Positions 9,963 to 21,013 of a stretch of 64,000 nt of DNA are shown here, in pieces. The stretch's first letter is position 1, and each line of letters starts with the position of its first letter. A program made the translations under genes and the position numbers. The stretch comes from Methanobacteriota archaeon. GTDB lineage: Archaea; Thermoplasmatota; Thermoplasmata; SG8-5; DAIRED01. The stretch spans positions 39,175 to 103,174 of the forward strand of contig JAZDNO010000027.1 of NCBI GenBank assembly GCA_043799545.1, read 5' to 3'. The notes beneath the pieces are model-generated. The model was not told where the DNA came from, ran no database searches, and saw only the letters and a program-made list of their open reading frames with translations.

Positions 9963-10436
9963 TCACCCATCCATCTTCTTCAGATAGCGCACCATGTTCG
10001 GCCTGAATCCTTCCGATTCCCAGAATCCCTTGCCAACCGCATTGTTGACGTATGTGTAAACCTCGATGTACTCGACTTCCTTCGCCCTGAACCATTTCAG
10101 GAGTTCCGCGTTCAGAAGCCTCCCTACTCCGCAACCTCGGTATTTTTCCAACACGAAGCAATCGCATATGAATCCGTACGATTTCCCGCTGACCGATATG
10201 TTCGCCTTGCTGAGCCAGCCAGAGATATAGCCGACGACTTTCTCGCCGTCGAGGGCGATGAAGAACCGCGCGTCCCTGCGCTTGATGTTCTTTCTCTCGA
10301 ACTTCACCAGGTCATTTTTCGTCTTGGGCGTCACTCTGACGGCCTCGTCGATGGACGCCTCGTACTCCTGGAGGGCGAAGGCTAGGGGCATTATCAAATC
10401 GAAGTCGCCGGGAAGGGCGCGCTTAATCGTAACCAT
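9963..10436 (-). CDS. GNAT family N-acetyltransferase
   Basis: FVLEKYRGCGVG acetyl-CoA motif; N..GKGFWESEGF. Confidence 0.9.
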   Translation of the reverse strand: MVTIKRALPGDFDLIMPLAFALQEYEASIDEAVRVTPKTKNDLVKFERKNIKRRDARFFIALDGEKVVGYISGWLSKANISVSGKSYGFICDCFVLEKYRGCGVGRLLNAELLKWFRAKEVEYIEVYTYVNNAVGKGFWESEGFRPNMVRYLKKMDG

Positions 10437-10472
10437 GAAGAGCGAAAGGATGCGGTGGTAGATAAAAATCTC

Positions 10473-11150
10473 CTAGCGCAGCTCGACACGGGACAGCGGT
10501 TCGAAGACGGGAAATTTCGTATCGCGCCAGTGTGCAATAACAAGCTCAATGTTTTCCACCGTAATCGTACCGAAGGATCTGTTTCTATGCCCCTCCAGAC
10601 GTTTTATGAGAGGCTGGACCGCCACCCCTTCTTTGAACGTGCCTATCGCTATGTGCGGTATGTAATTCGGGTGGTCGGACCATTTGGCTTCAATCCTTGG
10701 TATTTCGAGCAACTTCTTGTTTAGTTCTGCGAATCGTACATCATCATGGACCTCCGCGAAGACCACGGAAGGGAAGACATTCACGCGCTCCAGCTTTACA
10801 TCGAACACTTTGGAGGTCGATAATTTCGCCTGGAATTGAGGAATCACGCACTCCAATTCCTCATGGATAATATCTTCGGAAGCGACTTTATTATCCTCCA
10901 GAAACCCCCATGCCTTAACGGTGATATGAAGGTAATCCGGTGGGAAGGGTACGAAGGCTTCATCGCGGGAGAGGTCTGCCTGTACTTCTGCGATGTCGGA
11001 TGATATTTCAGATGAATTGACTCGAAACAAGAACACCAGGTGTTTTCCCGCCCCTTGCTCCCACCCGCGGAACGGGCGGAACGTCCTGGTGTTGGGCTGC
11101 AGGCTGCGCCTGACGCTCCAGAATTCCTCCAGCTTTTCCTTCACGGACAC
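10473..11150 (-). CDS. 2H phosphoesterase / 2'-5' RNA ligase family protein
   Basis: Two HxT/A-type motifs: YLHITV and IPHIAI; GTG start. Confidence 0.8.
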   Translation of the reverse strand: MSVKEKLEEFWSVRRSLQPNTRTFRPFRGWEQGAGKHLVFLFRVNSSEISSDIAEVQADLSRDEAFVPFPPDYLHITVKAWGFLEDNKVASEDIIHEELECVIPQFQAKLSTSKVFDVKLERVNVFPSVVFAEVHDDVRFAELNKKLLEIPRIEAKWSDHPNYIPHIAIGTFKEGVAVQPLIKRLEGHRNRSFGTITVENIELVIAHWRDTKFPVFEPLSRVELR

Positions 11151-11202
11151 AGCTGACGCTAAATTGTGAAAATATAAAAATGTGCGTTATTCGTGGCTCT
11201 TG

Positions 11203-11236
11203 GACGTTCGACGAATTATAGTGCTAGATATCCCGC
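11203..11236 (-). other. 3' strand of 16S pre-rRNA processing stem (BHB-like)
   Basis: GACGTTCGACGAA (11203-11215) is the exact reverse complement of 12811-12823; CTAGATATCCCGC pairs with 12789-12801 with one G:U. Confidence 0.85.
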
Positions 11237-11282
11237 CTGCTTCCTAGAGAGCGCAGGGTGGCTCTCGACTAATTTTTTTCGT

Positions 11283-12750
<1,468 letters not shown>

Positions 12751-12788
12751 TGACCTGCTAGCTTAGCTACGCTTATGGTCGGAATTTA

Positions 12789-12823
12789 GCGAGATATCTA
12801 GTCTCACCACTTCGTCGAACGTC
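12789..12823 (-). other. 5' strand of 16S pre-rRNA processing stem (BHB-like)
   Basis: Pairs with 11203-11236: two long helices flanking a short GUGGUG/CACUAU helix with an AGA bulge and a 2-3 nt opposite bulge. Confidence 0.85.
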
Positions 12824-12980
12824 AGGTTTGAGAGGGCACGGCCTGTTGACACAGGCACGGGTTTCTCAAGCCTCCACCCTTGTCGCACCACTTGGAGCGG
12901 GTCGGTCATTGATCGGCATTGCGCCGTTGCTCGCGACCAGCACCGGATGGGTGCCATAACGCAGGCCCCAGTATCACGAT

Positions 12981-12999
12981 GGGGTATTTATCTGTTTCG
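12981..12999 (-). promoter_or_regulatory. Candidate BRE/TATA promoter for 16S rRNA
   Basis: Minus strand reads CGAAACAGATAAATACCCC about 160 nt upstream of the processing stem. Confidence 0.45.
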
Positions 13000-13153
13000 T
13001 ATCGTGGCGGGGCTCTGAATGACGCTAGCTGCTACGAGACCTTAATGGTATCGCCTCCCGCTCGCTCGATGATTCCCATCCACATTTGGCCACGTTGGAA
13101 TAGTTTAATATACCGATTACTTCTACACCCAACCCCAAAATAAAGGTGAACGT

Positions 13154-13438
13154 ATGAAGCTACCGCGCCAGGTCAAGGGCTACTGTCCGAAGTGCAAGAA
13201 GCACGTCGTCCAGGAAATCGAGAGGGTCAAGAAGAAGAAGGCGAGCGAGCTCGCTCAGGGGCAGAGGAGATTCCGCCGGGTCACGTCCGGTTATGGAGGT
13301 TTCCCGAGGCCGAAGCCAGAAGGCAGAGAGAAGCCGACGCGAAAGGTCTGGATTCGCTACCGATGCAAGACGTGCAAGAAGGCGACGCAGAGGCCGGGGA
13401 TACGGGCCAAGAAATTCGAGTTCACTGGGGGAGAGTAA
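13154..13438 (+). CDS. rpl44e: 50S ribosomal protein L44e
   Basis: YCPKCKKH, GQRRFRR..SGYGGFPRP, YRCKTC. Confidence 0.98.
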   Translation: MKLPRQVKGYCPKCKKHVVQEIERVKKKKASELAQGQRRFRRVTSGYGGFPRPKPEGREKPTRKVWIRYRCKTCKKATQRPGIRAKKFEFTGGE

Positions 13439-13440
13439 TT

Positions 13441-13623
13441 ATGTCCGAGCAACCAGCCACAAATAAATTCGCCAAGGTCAAGTGCAAGGATTGCGGCAAC
13501 GAGCAGATAATATTCTTAAGGGCGTCCACAGACGTGAACTGCGTCGTCTGCGGCTCCAGCGTCGCCAAGCCGACCGGCGGCAAGGCTGAGCTGAAGGGCG
13601 AGGTAGTCGGAGTTGTAAACTGA
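13441..13623 (+). CDS. rps27e: 30S ribosomal protein S27e
   Basis: In ORF 13192..13623 from ATG 13441: F.KVKCKDCGNEQIIF..AST.V.C..CG...AKPTGGKA. Confidence 0.97.
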   Translation: MSEQPATNKFAKVKCKDCGNEQIIFLRASTDVNCVVCGSSVAKPTGGKAELKGEVVGVVN

Positions 13624-14408
13624 TGCCCCGTGGAGCTGAATTCCCTGAAGAGGAAGAGCTAGTCGTCTGCACGATAAAAAGCGTGAAGAACTTCGGCGCG
13701 TTCGTCTCGCTCGAGGAGTACCAGGCGAAGGAAGGATTCATCCACGTCACTGAGATAGCGTCGGGCTGGGTCAAGCGCATGAGCGACTTCGTGCGCGAGG
13801 GCCAGCGCGTCGTCTGCAAGGTCCTGAAGGTTGACCAGGCGAAGGGCCACGTCGACCTCTCGCTGAAGAAGGTCAACGACCACCAGAAGCGCGAGAAGAT
13901 ACAGGTCTGGAAGAACGAGCAGAAGTCGGAAAAGCTCATGGAATTCGTCGCGCAGCGCCTTGAGACTACTGTAGACAAATGCTACGAAGAGTTCGGCGAA
14001 GCTCTCGTCGACAAGTACGGTACAATGTACGCGGCTTTCGAAGCCGCCGCTGGTTCTCCGAAGCGCCTGAAGGCTGACGGCTTCGACGGTAAATGGCTCA
14101 AGGTTTTCATGACGGTCGCGACCGAGAACGTCACCCCTTCGACCGTCGAAATCGCCGGGCTTCTGGAAATCAACTGCCCCGTGAGCAACGGCATAATCCA
14201 CATCCGCGCTGCGCTCAAGGAGGCCGAGAAGACCGAGGCCGAGAACGTGAAGATTCAGTACATCGGGGCTCCGAAGTACCGCGTCGTCGTGCTGGCCGAC
14301 GATTACAAAACCGCCGAGGAGGACATGAAGCAGGCCTCGGACAGGGCCATAGAGTACATCAGGTCCAAGGGCGGGGATGGCAAGTTCAGCAGAAAGGAGC
14401 AGCAATGA
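13623..14408 (+). CDS. eif2a: Translation initiation factor aIF-2 alpha subunit
   Basis: PEEEELVVCT, S1 domain GAFV.L.EY..KEGFIH.TEI, YIGAPKYR; conserved L44e-S27e-aIF2a-Nop10-PAC2 order. Confidence 0.97.
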   Translation: MPRGAEFPEEEELVVCTIKSVKNFGAFVSLEEYQAKEGFIHVTEIASGWVKRMSDFVREGQRVVCKVLKVDQAKGHVDLSLKKVNDHQKREKIQVWKNEQKSEKLMEFVAQRLETTVDKCYEEFGEALVDKYGTMYAAFEAAAGSPKRLKADGFDGKWLKVFMTVATENVTPSTVEIAGLLEINCPVSNGIIHIRAALKEAEKTEAENVKIQYIGAPKYRVVVLADDYKTAEEDMKQASDRAIEYIRSKGGDGKFSRKEQQ

Positions 14409-14575
14409 GGACCGCGCTTCGCAGGTGCGGGCCGTGCTGGCTCTACACCCTCAAGGACGATTGCCCCAAGTGCGGCTCGCGCACGGTCATGCCCCTTCCG
14501 CCCCGCTATTCGCCGGAGGACAAGTACGGAAAATACCGCCGCCAGCTGAAGGCGCTGTCGGAGGCCGGAAAATGA
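14405..14575 (+). CDS. nop10: H/ACA RNP protein Nop10
   Basis: In ORF 14093..14575 from ATG 14405: YTLKDDCPKCG....P.PPRYSPEDKYGKYRR. Confidence 0.96.
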   Translation: MRTALRRCGPCWLYTLKDDCPKCGSRTVMPLPPRYSPEDKYGKYRRQLKALSEAGK

Positions 14576-15336
14576 TGGACGAGGTCGTTTTCAAGGAGCT
14601 GGCGAAGCCTAAATTGAACCGTCCGATAGTCGTCGAGGGGCTCCCAGGCGTCGGAAACGTGGGAAAGCTTGCCGCCGAGCACCTCGTGGACGAGCTGGAG
14701 GCTGTGAAGTTCATGGAAATCTATTCGCGCCACTTCCCGCCGCAGGTCCTCATCAACGACGACGGGATAATCAGGCTCGTCAGGAACGAGCTTTACTACC
14801 ACAAGGCCAAGGGCAAGGAGCTGGCCGACGTCATCCTCCTCACCGGGGACTACCAGGGTCTCTCGCCGGATGGCCAGTACGAGCTCTCGTGGCGAGTCCT
14901 GGACGTGCTGGACAAGTTCAAGCCCCGTAGGCTCTACACCCTCGGAGGCTGGGGCATAGGGAAGATGATAGAGGCGCCGCGCGTGCTGGGCGCGGCGACG
15001 GACATGAAGCTGGTCACGGATCTCAAGAAGGTGGGCGTCACATTCTCGAAGGGTGAGCCAGGCGGCGGAATCGTGGGCGCTAGCGGGCTGCTTCTGGGGC
15101 TTGGAAAGATACGCGGCTACGACGGGGCCTGCCTGATGGGCGAGACTTCCGGTTACTTCGTCGACCCCAAGAGCGCCGAGGCGGTGCTGCAGGTGCTGGC
15201 GAAGGCGCTGAAGGTCAAGCTGGACTTCTCCGCGCTGCACGAAAAGGCGCGGCAGATAGACCTCATCACCTCGAAGCTCAAGGATTCTGAGATGCCGCCT
15301 GAGCCGAAGAAGGAAAATCTCGACTACTTTGCGTAG
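14572..15336 (+). CDS. Proteasome assembly chaperone (PAC2/PbaB-like) family protein
   Basis: EGLPGVGNVGKLAAEHL, FPPQV, TLGG.G.G, GIVGASGLLLG, CLMGETSGY.VDPKSA. Confidence 0.93.
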   Translation: MMDEVVFKELAKPKLNRPIVVEGLPGVGNVGKLAAEHLVDELEAVKFMEIYSRHFPPQVLINDDGIIRLVRNELYYHKAKGKELADVILLTGDYQGLSPDGQYELSWRVLDVLDKFKPRRLYTLGGWGIGKMIEAPRVLGAATDMKLVTDLKKVGVTFSKGEPGGGIVGASGLLLGLGKIRGYDGACLMGETSGYFVDPKSAEAVLQVLAKALKVKLDFSALHEKARQIDLITSKLKDSEMPPEPKKENLDYFA

Positions 15337-15338
15337 TC

Positions 15339-15803
15339 TCAATCTTTATATCGGTCCAGTATTTCCGCTCGCGCCTGGCCGACGTATTCGGCGATTGCAA
15401 TCCCATGCTCGGCTGCAACGAGCATCGCGGCGACCTCGATCTCGACGTTCGCCTCCTCCTGCCTGCGGTTTATCATTGCCACGACCTCCCGCCTTCCGAG
15501 CTTTGTGGCATCGCCGATCTTTCTCACGATGACCGGGAACAGCCCCTCTGGCTGGGAATGGGCCAGGACATTCTTGTCGGGCGCGAAGTTCGCCGGTATG
15601 TTGACCGCCGCGGGGTCGAAGGTCGGTTTCACGTCCGCCCCCCGACGCTCCAGCAGCTTCGCGGCCAGTCCGACCTCGAGCAGCCTCTGCCCCTCCGCGG
15701 GCGTGAGCCAGCGCTTCGTCATCGAGACGAACATGACGAACTCCTTCTCCGGGACGGATGCGAGCCCCTTCGCCTTGAACACCGCGGCTATGGCGCTCTC
15801 CAA
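15339..15803 (-). CDS. DUF2240-family archaeal protein
   Basis: A..F...G....E.EF....SM...W.TP......L..G...LL pattern; start uncertain (TTG). Confidence 0.75.
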   Translation of the reverse strand: MESAIAAVFKAKGLASVPEKEFVMFVSMTKRWLTPAEGQRLLEVGLAAKLLERRGADVKPTFDPAAVNIPANFAPDKNVLAHSQPEGLFPVIVRKIGDATKLGRREVVAMINRRQEEANVEIEVAAMLVAAEHGIAIAEYVGQARAEILDRYKD

Positions 15804-15816
15804 ATCGCCCGTCGGC

Positions 15817-16461
15817 TCAGTCCCCCTCGGACAGAACGCTCCGCAGGTCCAGGATTGCTCCCTTCGCCCCCATGGATTCCAGCGCTGCGACGTCGGCGCT
15901 GGTGACTCCGCCTGCGGCGTAAACGTCGAAGCCCAGGGCGACCGCCGCCATTATAGGCCTCTCATCCAGGGGCGTGCCAGGGCTCCTCCCGAGGTCGGCC
16001 ACGATGATTTTGGAGAACCCGAGCTCCTTCAGGTGCTTCAGAAGCTCCTCGGCCGAGGGGGGCTCGCCCTTGCACCAGACCAGCTCGCCACCGTTTAACT
16101 CGACCGAAGGCACCACGTCGCCGGAGACTTTGAACATGAGCTGAAATGCATCGAGGGTGCGCAAGCTCTTCGTGCCCACCACGACTGCGCTCGCGCCCGT
16201 GACGAACGGATGCACGAGGTCACCCGCGACCTGCGCCCCCGTGTCGAGCCACAGCTCGGCATCGCCCTCTGAAAGCTCCTGGAATAAGGAGAACTGGGGC
16301 TCGCGGCCTTCGAGGGCGTCGATGTCGACGAGGAGTATGCGCTCGAAGCGCTTGCCGAGCTTTTCCACCATCTCAGACGGCCTTCCGGCGTACTCGTACT
16401 CGTCGCCCTTGCGGAAGACGGCGCCACCGCGCATGACGGAGATCGCCGGTATCTTGTCCAT
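15817..16461 (-). CDS. HisA/HisF-related TIM-barrel protein
   Basis: IPAISVMRG..V, LLVDIDA, LD.G, AVVVGT, VYAAGGV motifs; no other his genes nearby. Confidence 0.75.
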   Translation of the reverse strand: MDKIPAISVMRGGAVFRKGDEYEYAGRPSEMVEKLGKRFERILLVDIDALEGREPQFSLFQELSEGDAELWLDTGAQVAGDLVHPFVTGASAVVVGTKSLRTLDAFQLMFKVSGDVVPSVELNGGELVWCKGEPPSAEELLKHLKELGFSKIIVADLGRSPGTPLDERPIMAAVALGFDVYAAGGVTSADVAALESMGAKGAILDLRSVLSEGD

Positions 16462-16545
16462 GCGATGTGCATCGGTTCGGAGGTTGATAAAGTGTGCGGT
16501 CGGGCGCCCCTTGGCAAATGCATTCGGAAAGGATGGCTTTTCGGC

Positions 16546-17961
16546 TCAAGCGTCGAAGTACTGGTAGTGCTCCCACGCTGTCACATGGGCGCAGAACTGC
16601 CGCCACTCGGTGAGCTTGGCGTCCAGCAGGTTGTCGGAGAGCTGCCTGCCGAGGCAGGCCTGGACCACGTCGTCCTCCCTGAAAGCCTCGTATGCCTCGC
16701 GCAGGTGGGCCGGCATGCGCTTGATGCCCATCGACTTTCGCTTCGCGTCCGAGAGCTTGTAGATGTTCTCCTTCACCGCCGGGCCCGGGTCGAGCTTCCT
16801 CTTGATGCCGTCCAGACCGCACCACAGCATTATCGCGTGGGCGAGGTACGGGTTGGAGAGCGCGTCCCCGTGCCTGACCTCGATGCGGGTCGTTTTCGGG
16901 TCGCCCACGTACGGGATGCGCACCAGCGCGCTCCTGTTCATCGGAGACCAGGCCGCGAAAATCGGCGCCTCGAACTCTGGAACCAGGCGCTTGTACGAGT
17001 TCACGGACGAGTTCGTCACCAGGGCCATGCCGCGGGCGTGCTCCAGAATCCCGCCGATGTAGTACAGCGCGGTCTGGCTGAGACCGTTGGGGTCGTCCTC
17101 GTCATAAAAGAGCGACGGCCCGCCCTTCGAGAGGTACTGGTGGACGTGCATGCCGTTTCCAGCGTCGGCGAAGACCGGCTTCGGCATGAAGGTCGGCACG
17201 AGCCCGTAGCGCGCTGCCACGTTCCTCGCGAAATATTTGAAGCGCACCATGGCGTCGCCGGCCAGCTTGGGCGACTTGACGAACCTGAACTCTATCTCGG
17301 CCTGCTTGCCGCCCGCCTCGTGGTGGTGGTAGCGTATGTCGAACCCGATTTTGGCCAGCTCTCCGCACAGCTCGTTCCGGAACTCCTCGGTCGGGTCTGC
17401 CGGGGCGGGGAGCAGGTAGCCGCGCTTCGCCCTGGACAGGTATGCGGACTCGGTCCTCGTCATCAGCGTCTCGGCGCCCGGCCCGAAGTTCACGTCCCTG
17501 TGCCAGAACTCGTTGTCCGCGAGCGCCTCCGCAGGCTCCTCGTAGAGGAAGAACTCGGGCTCGGGGAACATGTTTGCCTCGGAGAATCCCATCTTCCGGG
17601 CGCGCTCCATCGCACCCTCGGCGACCCGGCGCGGGTCCGTATCGAGAGGCTCCCCGTCAGGGCTCTGGAAGAATGCCAGCACGGACGCCTTCTTCTGGAT
17701 GCCCTCGCCCCACGGCAGCACTACCAGCGTCGTCGGGTCCGGAATGGAAATCATGTCCGATGCCTTGATGGAGTTGTAACCGCGCACTGACGAACCGTCG
17801 AACGATATCCCCTCTTTCCACGCGCGGCCAGAGAGGTAATCCTCCGCGGGCGACGACATGGCCTTCAGGCGCCCGTCGATGTCTGTGAACTGAATCTGGA
17901 CCCAGCGAACCCCGTTCTCCCTCAGCACCTTGTTTGCTTCGGCCGCGTTCTTGATTTGCAT
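16546..17961 (-). CDS. glnA: Glutamine synthetase type I
   Basis: FTDIDGRLK, FDGSS, EPEFF, HHE...Q.EI, TFMPKP, GNGMHVH, NSYKRLVP..EAP, NRSALVRIP, RIEVR; start set to ATG 17961. Confidence 0.95.
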   Translation of the reverse strand: MQIKNAAEANKVLRENGVRWVQIQFTDIDGRLKAMSSPAEDYLSGRAWKEGISFDGSSVRGYNSIKASDMISIPDPTTLVVLPWGEGIQKKASVLAFFQSPDGEPLDTDPRRVAEGAMERARKMGFSEANMFPEPEFFLYEEPAEALADNEFWHRDVNFGPGAETLMTRTESAYLSRAKRGYLLPAPADPTEEFRNELCGELAKIGFDIRYHHHEAGGKQAEIEFRFVKSPKLAGDAMVRFKYFARNVAARYGLVPTFMPKPVFADAGNGMHVHQYLSKGGPSLFYDEDDPNGLSQTALYYIGGILEHARGMALVTNSSVNSYKRLVPEFEAPIFAAWSPMNRSALVRIPYVGDPKTTRIEVRHGDALSNPYLAHAIMLWCGLDGIKRKLDPGPAVKENIYKLSDAKRKSMGIKRMPAHLREAYEAFREDDVVQACLGRQLSDNLLDAKLTEWRQFCAHVTAWEHYQYFDA

Positions 17962-18037
17962 GTGAACCGGGCGTCGAGATGGGTGCTGATATATATATCT
18001 TTGCGCCAAAAGGGGTGCTAGCCCGCTGAATGCGCCC

Positions 18038-18685
18038 CTATCGGCTCCTCTCAGCCTTCGCTTCCCTAATCCTCGTCTCGAACTCGCGCACGCTCGCCGC
18101 CACGTCGCCCGGGCCCACGGTGGCTGAGATCGCGCAGACCGAATCCGCCCCGGCCAGCACAACCTCGCGCACGTTTGCCAGGTTAATGCCGCCTATCGCG
18201 ATTATCGGCAAATCCGTCGCGGCCCTGAAACTTGCAATGCCTTCAAGCCCGACCGGGCGCCCGATGTCCTTCTTGGTGCTCGTGAAGAAGACCGGGCTTG
18301 CGGCGATGTAGTCCGCCCCACCTTCCTCGGCCTTCGCCACATCCTGCGCCGTGCCGCACGAAACGCCGATTATGCCGTTCGGCAATATCTCCCTGGCCGC
18401 TGACAAAGGCTCGTCACACTGCCCGAGATGGACCCCGCTGGCTCCAACGGCAGCCGCTAGTTCCGGGTTGTCGTTAATTATCAGGTCGGCCCCGGAATCT
18501 TTGCAGATGCGCAGCAGCTCGCCCGCTTCCGCCAACACCTCCTCAAAAGGCTTGCTCTTCTCCCGGTATTGGACGACCCTCGCGCCTCCCCGGACGGCAT
18601 CCTCCGAATCCTTAAGAAAGCCTTGCCTCGTCAGGTTTGAATCTGTGATGAAGTAAAACGCCCAATCGATCTTACGCCGCATCAA
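18038..18685 (-). CDS. thiE: Thiamine-phosphate synthase
   Basis: VQYREK, LIIND, GVHLGQ.D, IGVSC, ADYIA.SPVF.TSTK, AIGGI. Confidence 0.97.
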   Translation of the reverse strand: MMRRKIDWAFYFITDSNLTRQGFLKDSEDAVRGGARVVQYREKSKPFEEVLAEAGELLRICKDSGADLIINDNPELAAAVGASGVHLGQCDEPLSAAREILPNGIIGVSCGTAQDVAKAEEGGADYIAASPVFFTSTKKDIGRPVGLEGIASFRAATDLPIIAIGGINLANVREVVLAGADSVCAISATVGPGDVAASVREFETRIREAKAERSR

Positions 18686-19514
18686 CTTTGGCTCCCTTGC
18701 GGACCTCGTCTGGCCCGATTGCCATGATTGAGTCGAAGAGATTCTGCTTCATGCTCCCCGGCCCCCTTGCGTCTTTTGCGGCCGTCTCGCCTGCGATGCC
18801 GTAGACCGTCATCGCGAAAGCTGCGGCCAGAGTTCTGTCCGATTCGACGGCGGAGAATGCGCCGATGACAGACGCTGCCATGCACCCGGTGCCGACGACA
18901 TCCCCCATTCTCGGGTGGCCGTTCATCACCAGGAGCAGCCTTGACCCATCCGTGATGATGTCCTCGGCCCCTGTGACGACGACCGTGCATCCCTCGGCCT
19001 TGGCAAGCGCCCGCGCGTAGACCGCTGGATCCCCCTCCACGGAAATCGATTCGACGCCCTTGACCTCTGCCCTGGCGCCGGCGAGCGTGGCAATTTCCCC
19101 AGAATTTCCCTTGATTACGCCGATTTTCACTTCCGCCAGTATCTTCTTCGCGCTGTCCGTCCTCAGCCCGGTCGCGCCCGCGCCGACCGCGTCCAGTATC
19201 ACCGGAGTCCCCTTTCGGTTTGCCTGTTTTCCGGCCTTAATCATGGAGCGGACGAGCGTTGGAGTGAGCGTGCCGATGTTGAGCACCAGTGCTCCGGCAA
19301 TGCCGGTCATCTCCTCGACCTCTTCCTCGGCGTGGGCCATGACGGGCAGGGCGCCCAGCGACCGCGTGATGCTGGCGCAGTCGGAAATCGTGACCCAATT
19401 GGTGATGTGGTGGACTAGGGGCTTTTTGTGGCGAATCTGCAACAGTGCATCGGCGGCTTTGTCAGCGAAATCGGCGGTCACTTTCTCACCGCCTGGCAGT
19501 ATTCGGCTATCCAT
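18672..19514 (-). CDS. thiM: Hydroxyethylthiazole kinase
   Basis: PLVHHITN.VT, A.PVMA, LVLNIGT, LDAVGAGAT, IKGN.GEI, V.GTGCM; alternative GTG start at 19481 behind GGTGA RBS. Confidence 0.97.
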   Translation of the reverse strand: MDSRILPGGEKVTADFADKAADALLQIRHKKPLVHHITNWVTISDCASITRSLGALPVMAHAEEEVEEMTGIAGALVLNIGTLTPTLVRSMIKAGKQANRKGTPVILDAVGAGATGLRTDSAKKILAEVKIGVIKGNSGEIATLAGARAEVKGVESISVEGDPAVYARALAKAEGCTVVVTGAEDIITDGSRLLLVMNGHPRMGDVVGTGCMAASVIGAFSAVESDRTLAAAFAMTVYGIAGETAAKDARGPGSMKQNLFDSIMAIGPDEVRKGAKVDAA

Positions 19515-19562
19515 AATAAAGCTTGCTGTGTCGGCAGGATGGTTCGGTCATACGGCAAGCCG

Positions 19563-20492
19563 CTACAGCTTCTTCAGCACGCCGTCAGCGGCCGCATAGG
19601 GGTCTATCTTCTTCTTCAGGATTCGCTCGACCAGCACCTCGAACTCCCCGGCGTCCATCTTCGATTCGATGTACTCCGCCAGGCGCTCTCTCAATAGCTC
19701 CCTGAACTCACGCTCCGTGCGGGCGCGCTCCTTGGCTCGCAACCTGCCCCCTTTTCCTAGATGGGCCCGGTGCCCGGCAATCTCCCCCGCCAGCTCGGCG
19801 ACGCCTTTGCCGTCCTTCGCGACGGTCATCACAATCGGCGGGGTCCATTCGCGCCCCTCGGTGCCGAGCTCGAGCATCGCCTTCAGCTCCGCGACCGCCC
19901 GGTCCGCGCCCTCGCGGTCAGATTTGTTGACTGCGAAGATGTCGCCGATTTCAAGAATGCCGGCCTTGATGGCCTGGATGTCGTCCCCCATCCCTGGGAC
20001 CTCGACTACGATTACGGTGTGGACGCTCTTGACTATGTCGACCTCGGCCTGGCCGGCGCCCACAGTCTCGACTATGACGACATCGCATCCGTAGGCGTCG
20101 AGGACCTTGACAGCGTCGGCCGTGCCCTTGGCGAGGCCGCCCATGCGCCCGCGCGTGCCCATGCTCCTGATGAAGACCCCCGGGTCTGTGCAGTGCTTCT
20201 GCATGCGGATGCGGTCGCCGAGTATCGCCCCGCCCGTGAAAGGGCTGGACGGGTCCACGGCGATTACGCCCACCTTCAGGCCCTTGAGGCGATACTCCCT
20301 GACGAGTGCGTCCACGAGCGTGCTCTTGCCAGAGCCGGGCGGGCCCGTGACGCCGACGACGTGCGCATTCCCCGTGTGCTTGTGAATCTCTGCGAGCGCC
20401 TTGCGGGTGGACGGGTCCTCGTCCTCTATCCAGGAGATGAGCCTCGCGGCCGCGCCAGCATCGCCGGCCACCAGCCTTTCAACTATCTCCAT
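19563..20492 (-). CDS. meaB: Acyl-CoA mutase-associated GTPase MeaB/ArgK
   Basis: [54 protein letters not shown]. Confidence 0.96.
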   Translation of the reverse strand: MEIVERLVAGDAGAAARLISWIEDEDPSTRKALAEIHKHTGNAHVVGVTGPPGSGKSTLVDALVREYRLKGLKVGVIAVDPSSPFTGGAILGDRIRMQKHCTDPGVFIRSMGTRGRMGGLAKGTADAVKVLDAYGCDVVIVETVGAGQAEVDIVKSVHTVIVVEVPGMGDDIQAIKAGILEIGDIFAVNKSDREGADRAVAELKAMLELGTEGREWTPPIVMTVAKDGKGVAELAGEIAGHRAHLGKGGRLRAKERARTEREFRELLRERLAEYIESKMDAGEFEVLVERILKKKIDPYAAADGVLKKL

Positions 20493-20901
20493 GTCCCCGC
20501 TTCCTCACGGCTTTCTTGTGAAAATCCACTATGTCCTGCAGCGGCGTGCCAGGCCCGAAGACCGCCTTGATGCCGGCCTTCTTCAGCTTTGGCACGTCCT
20601 CCTCAGGGATTATGCCCCCGCCGGATACTGCGATGTCCTTCGCCCCCTTCTCGCGCAGAAGCTCCACCACCTTCGGGAAAAGGGTCATGTGAGCTCCGGA
20701 GAGGCAGCTCAACCCGACGGCGTCGACGTCCTCCTGTATCGCCGCGCTGGCTATCTGCTCCGGCGTCTGGTGGAGCCCAGTGTACACAACCTCGAAGCCC
20801 GCGTCCCTCAGCGCCCTCGCGACCACCTTGGCCCCCCGGTCGTGGCCGTCGAGGCCCGGCTTGGCGATGAGAACTCGAATTTTACGCGCCATTTTGTTCA
20901 C
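20479..20901 (-). CDS. Cobalamin-binding small subunit of acyl-CoA mutase
   Basis: [45 protein letters not shown] (DxHxxG motif). Confidence 0.96.
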   Translation of the reverse strand: MNKMARKIRVLIAKPGLDGHDRGAKVVARALRDAGFEVVYTGLHQTPEQIASAAIQEDVDAVGLSCLSGAHMTLFPKVVELLREKGAKDIAVSGGGIIPEEDVPKLKKAGIKAVFGPGTPLQDIVDFHKKAVRKRGHGDS

Positions 20902-21013
20902 TCTTGGCGAGAGGATTGCGCCGGGGGAGATAAAACCTTTGTGCTTGAGCCCTCACTTGTGAAGGAAAAGGCTTTATTCTCGAATCCTCTAGACCGCCCT
21001 GGAGAGTTGAGAC

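Noticed and set aside
16546-17961. glnA as a catalytically dead or gamma-glutamylpolyamine-type paralogue (HHEAGGKQAEI is atypical)
   Set aside because: The metal- and substrate-binding residues I can locate (ExE, HHE, E, GMH, KRL, EAP, NRS, RIE.R) are retained
19515-19562. TPP riboswitch upstream of thiM-thiE (known in Thermoplasmatales)
   Set aside because: Spacer is only 48 nt and lacks the CTGAGA and ACCTG...GATAAT/GGGAA cores
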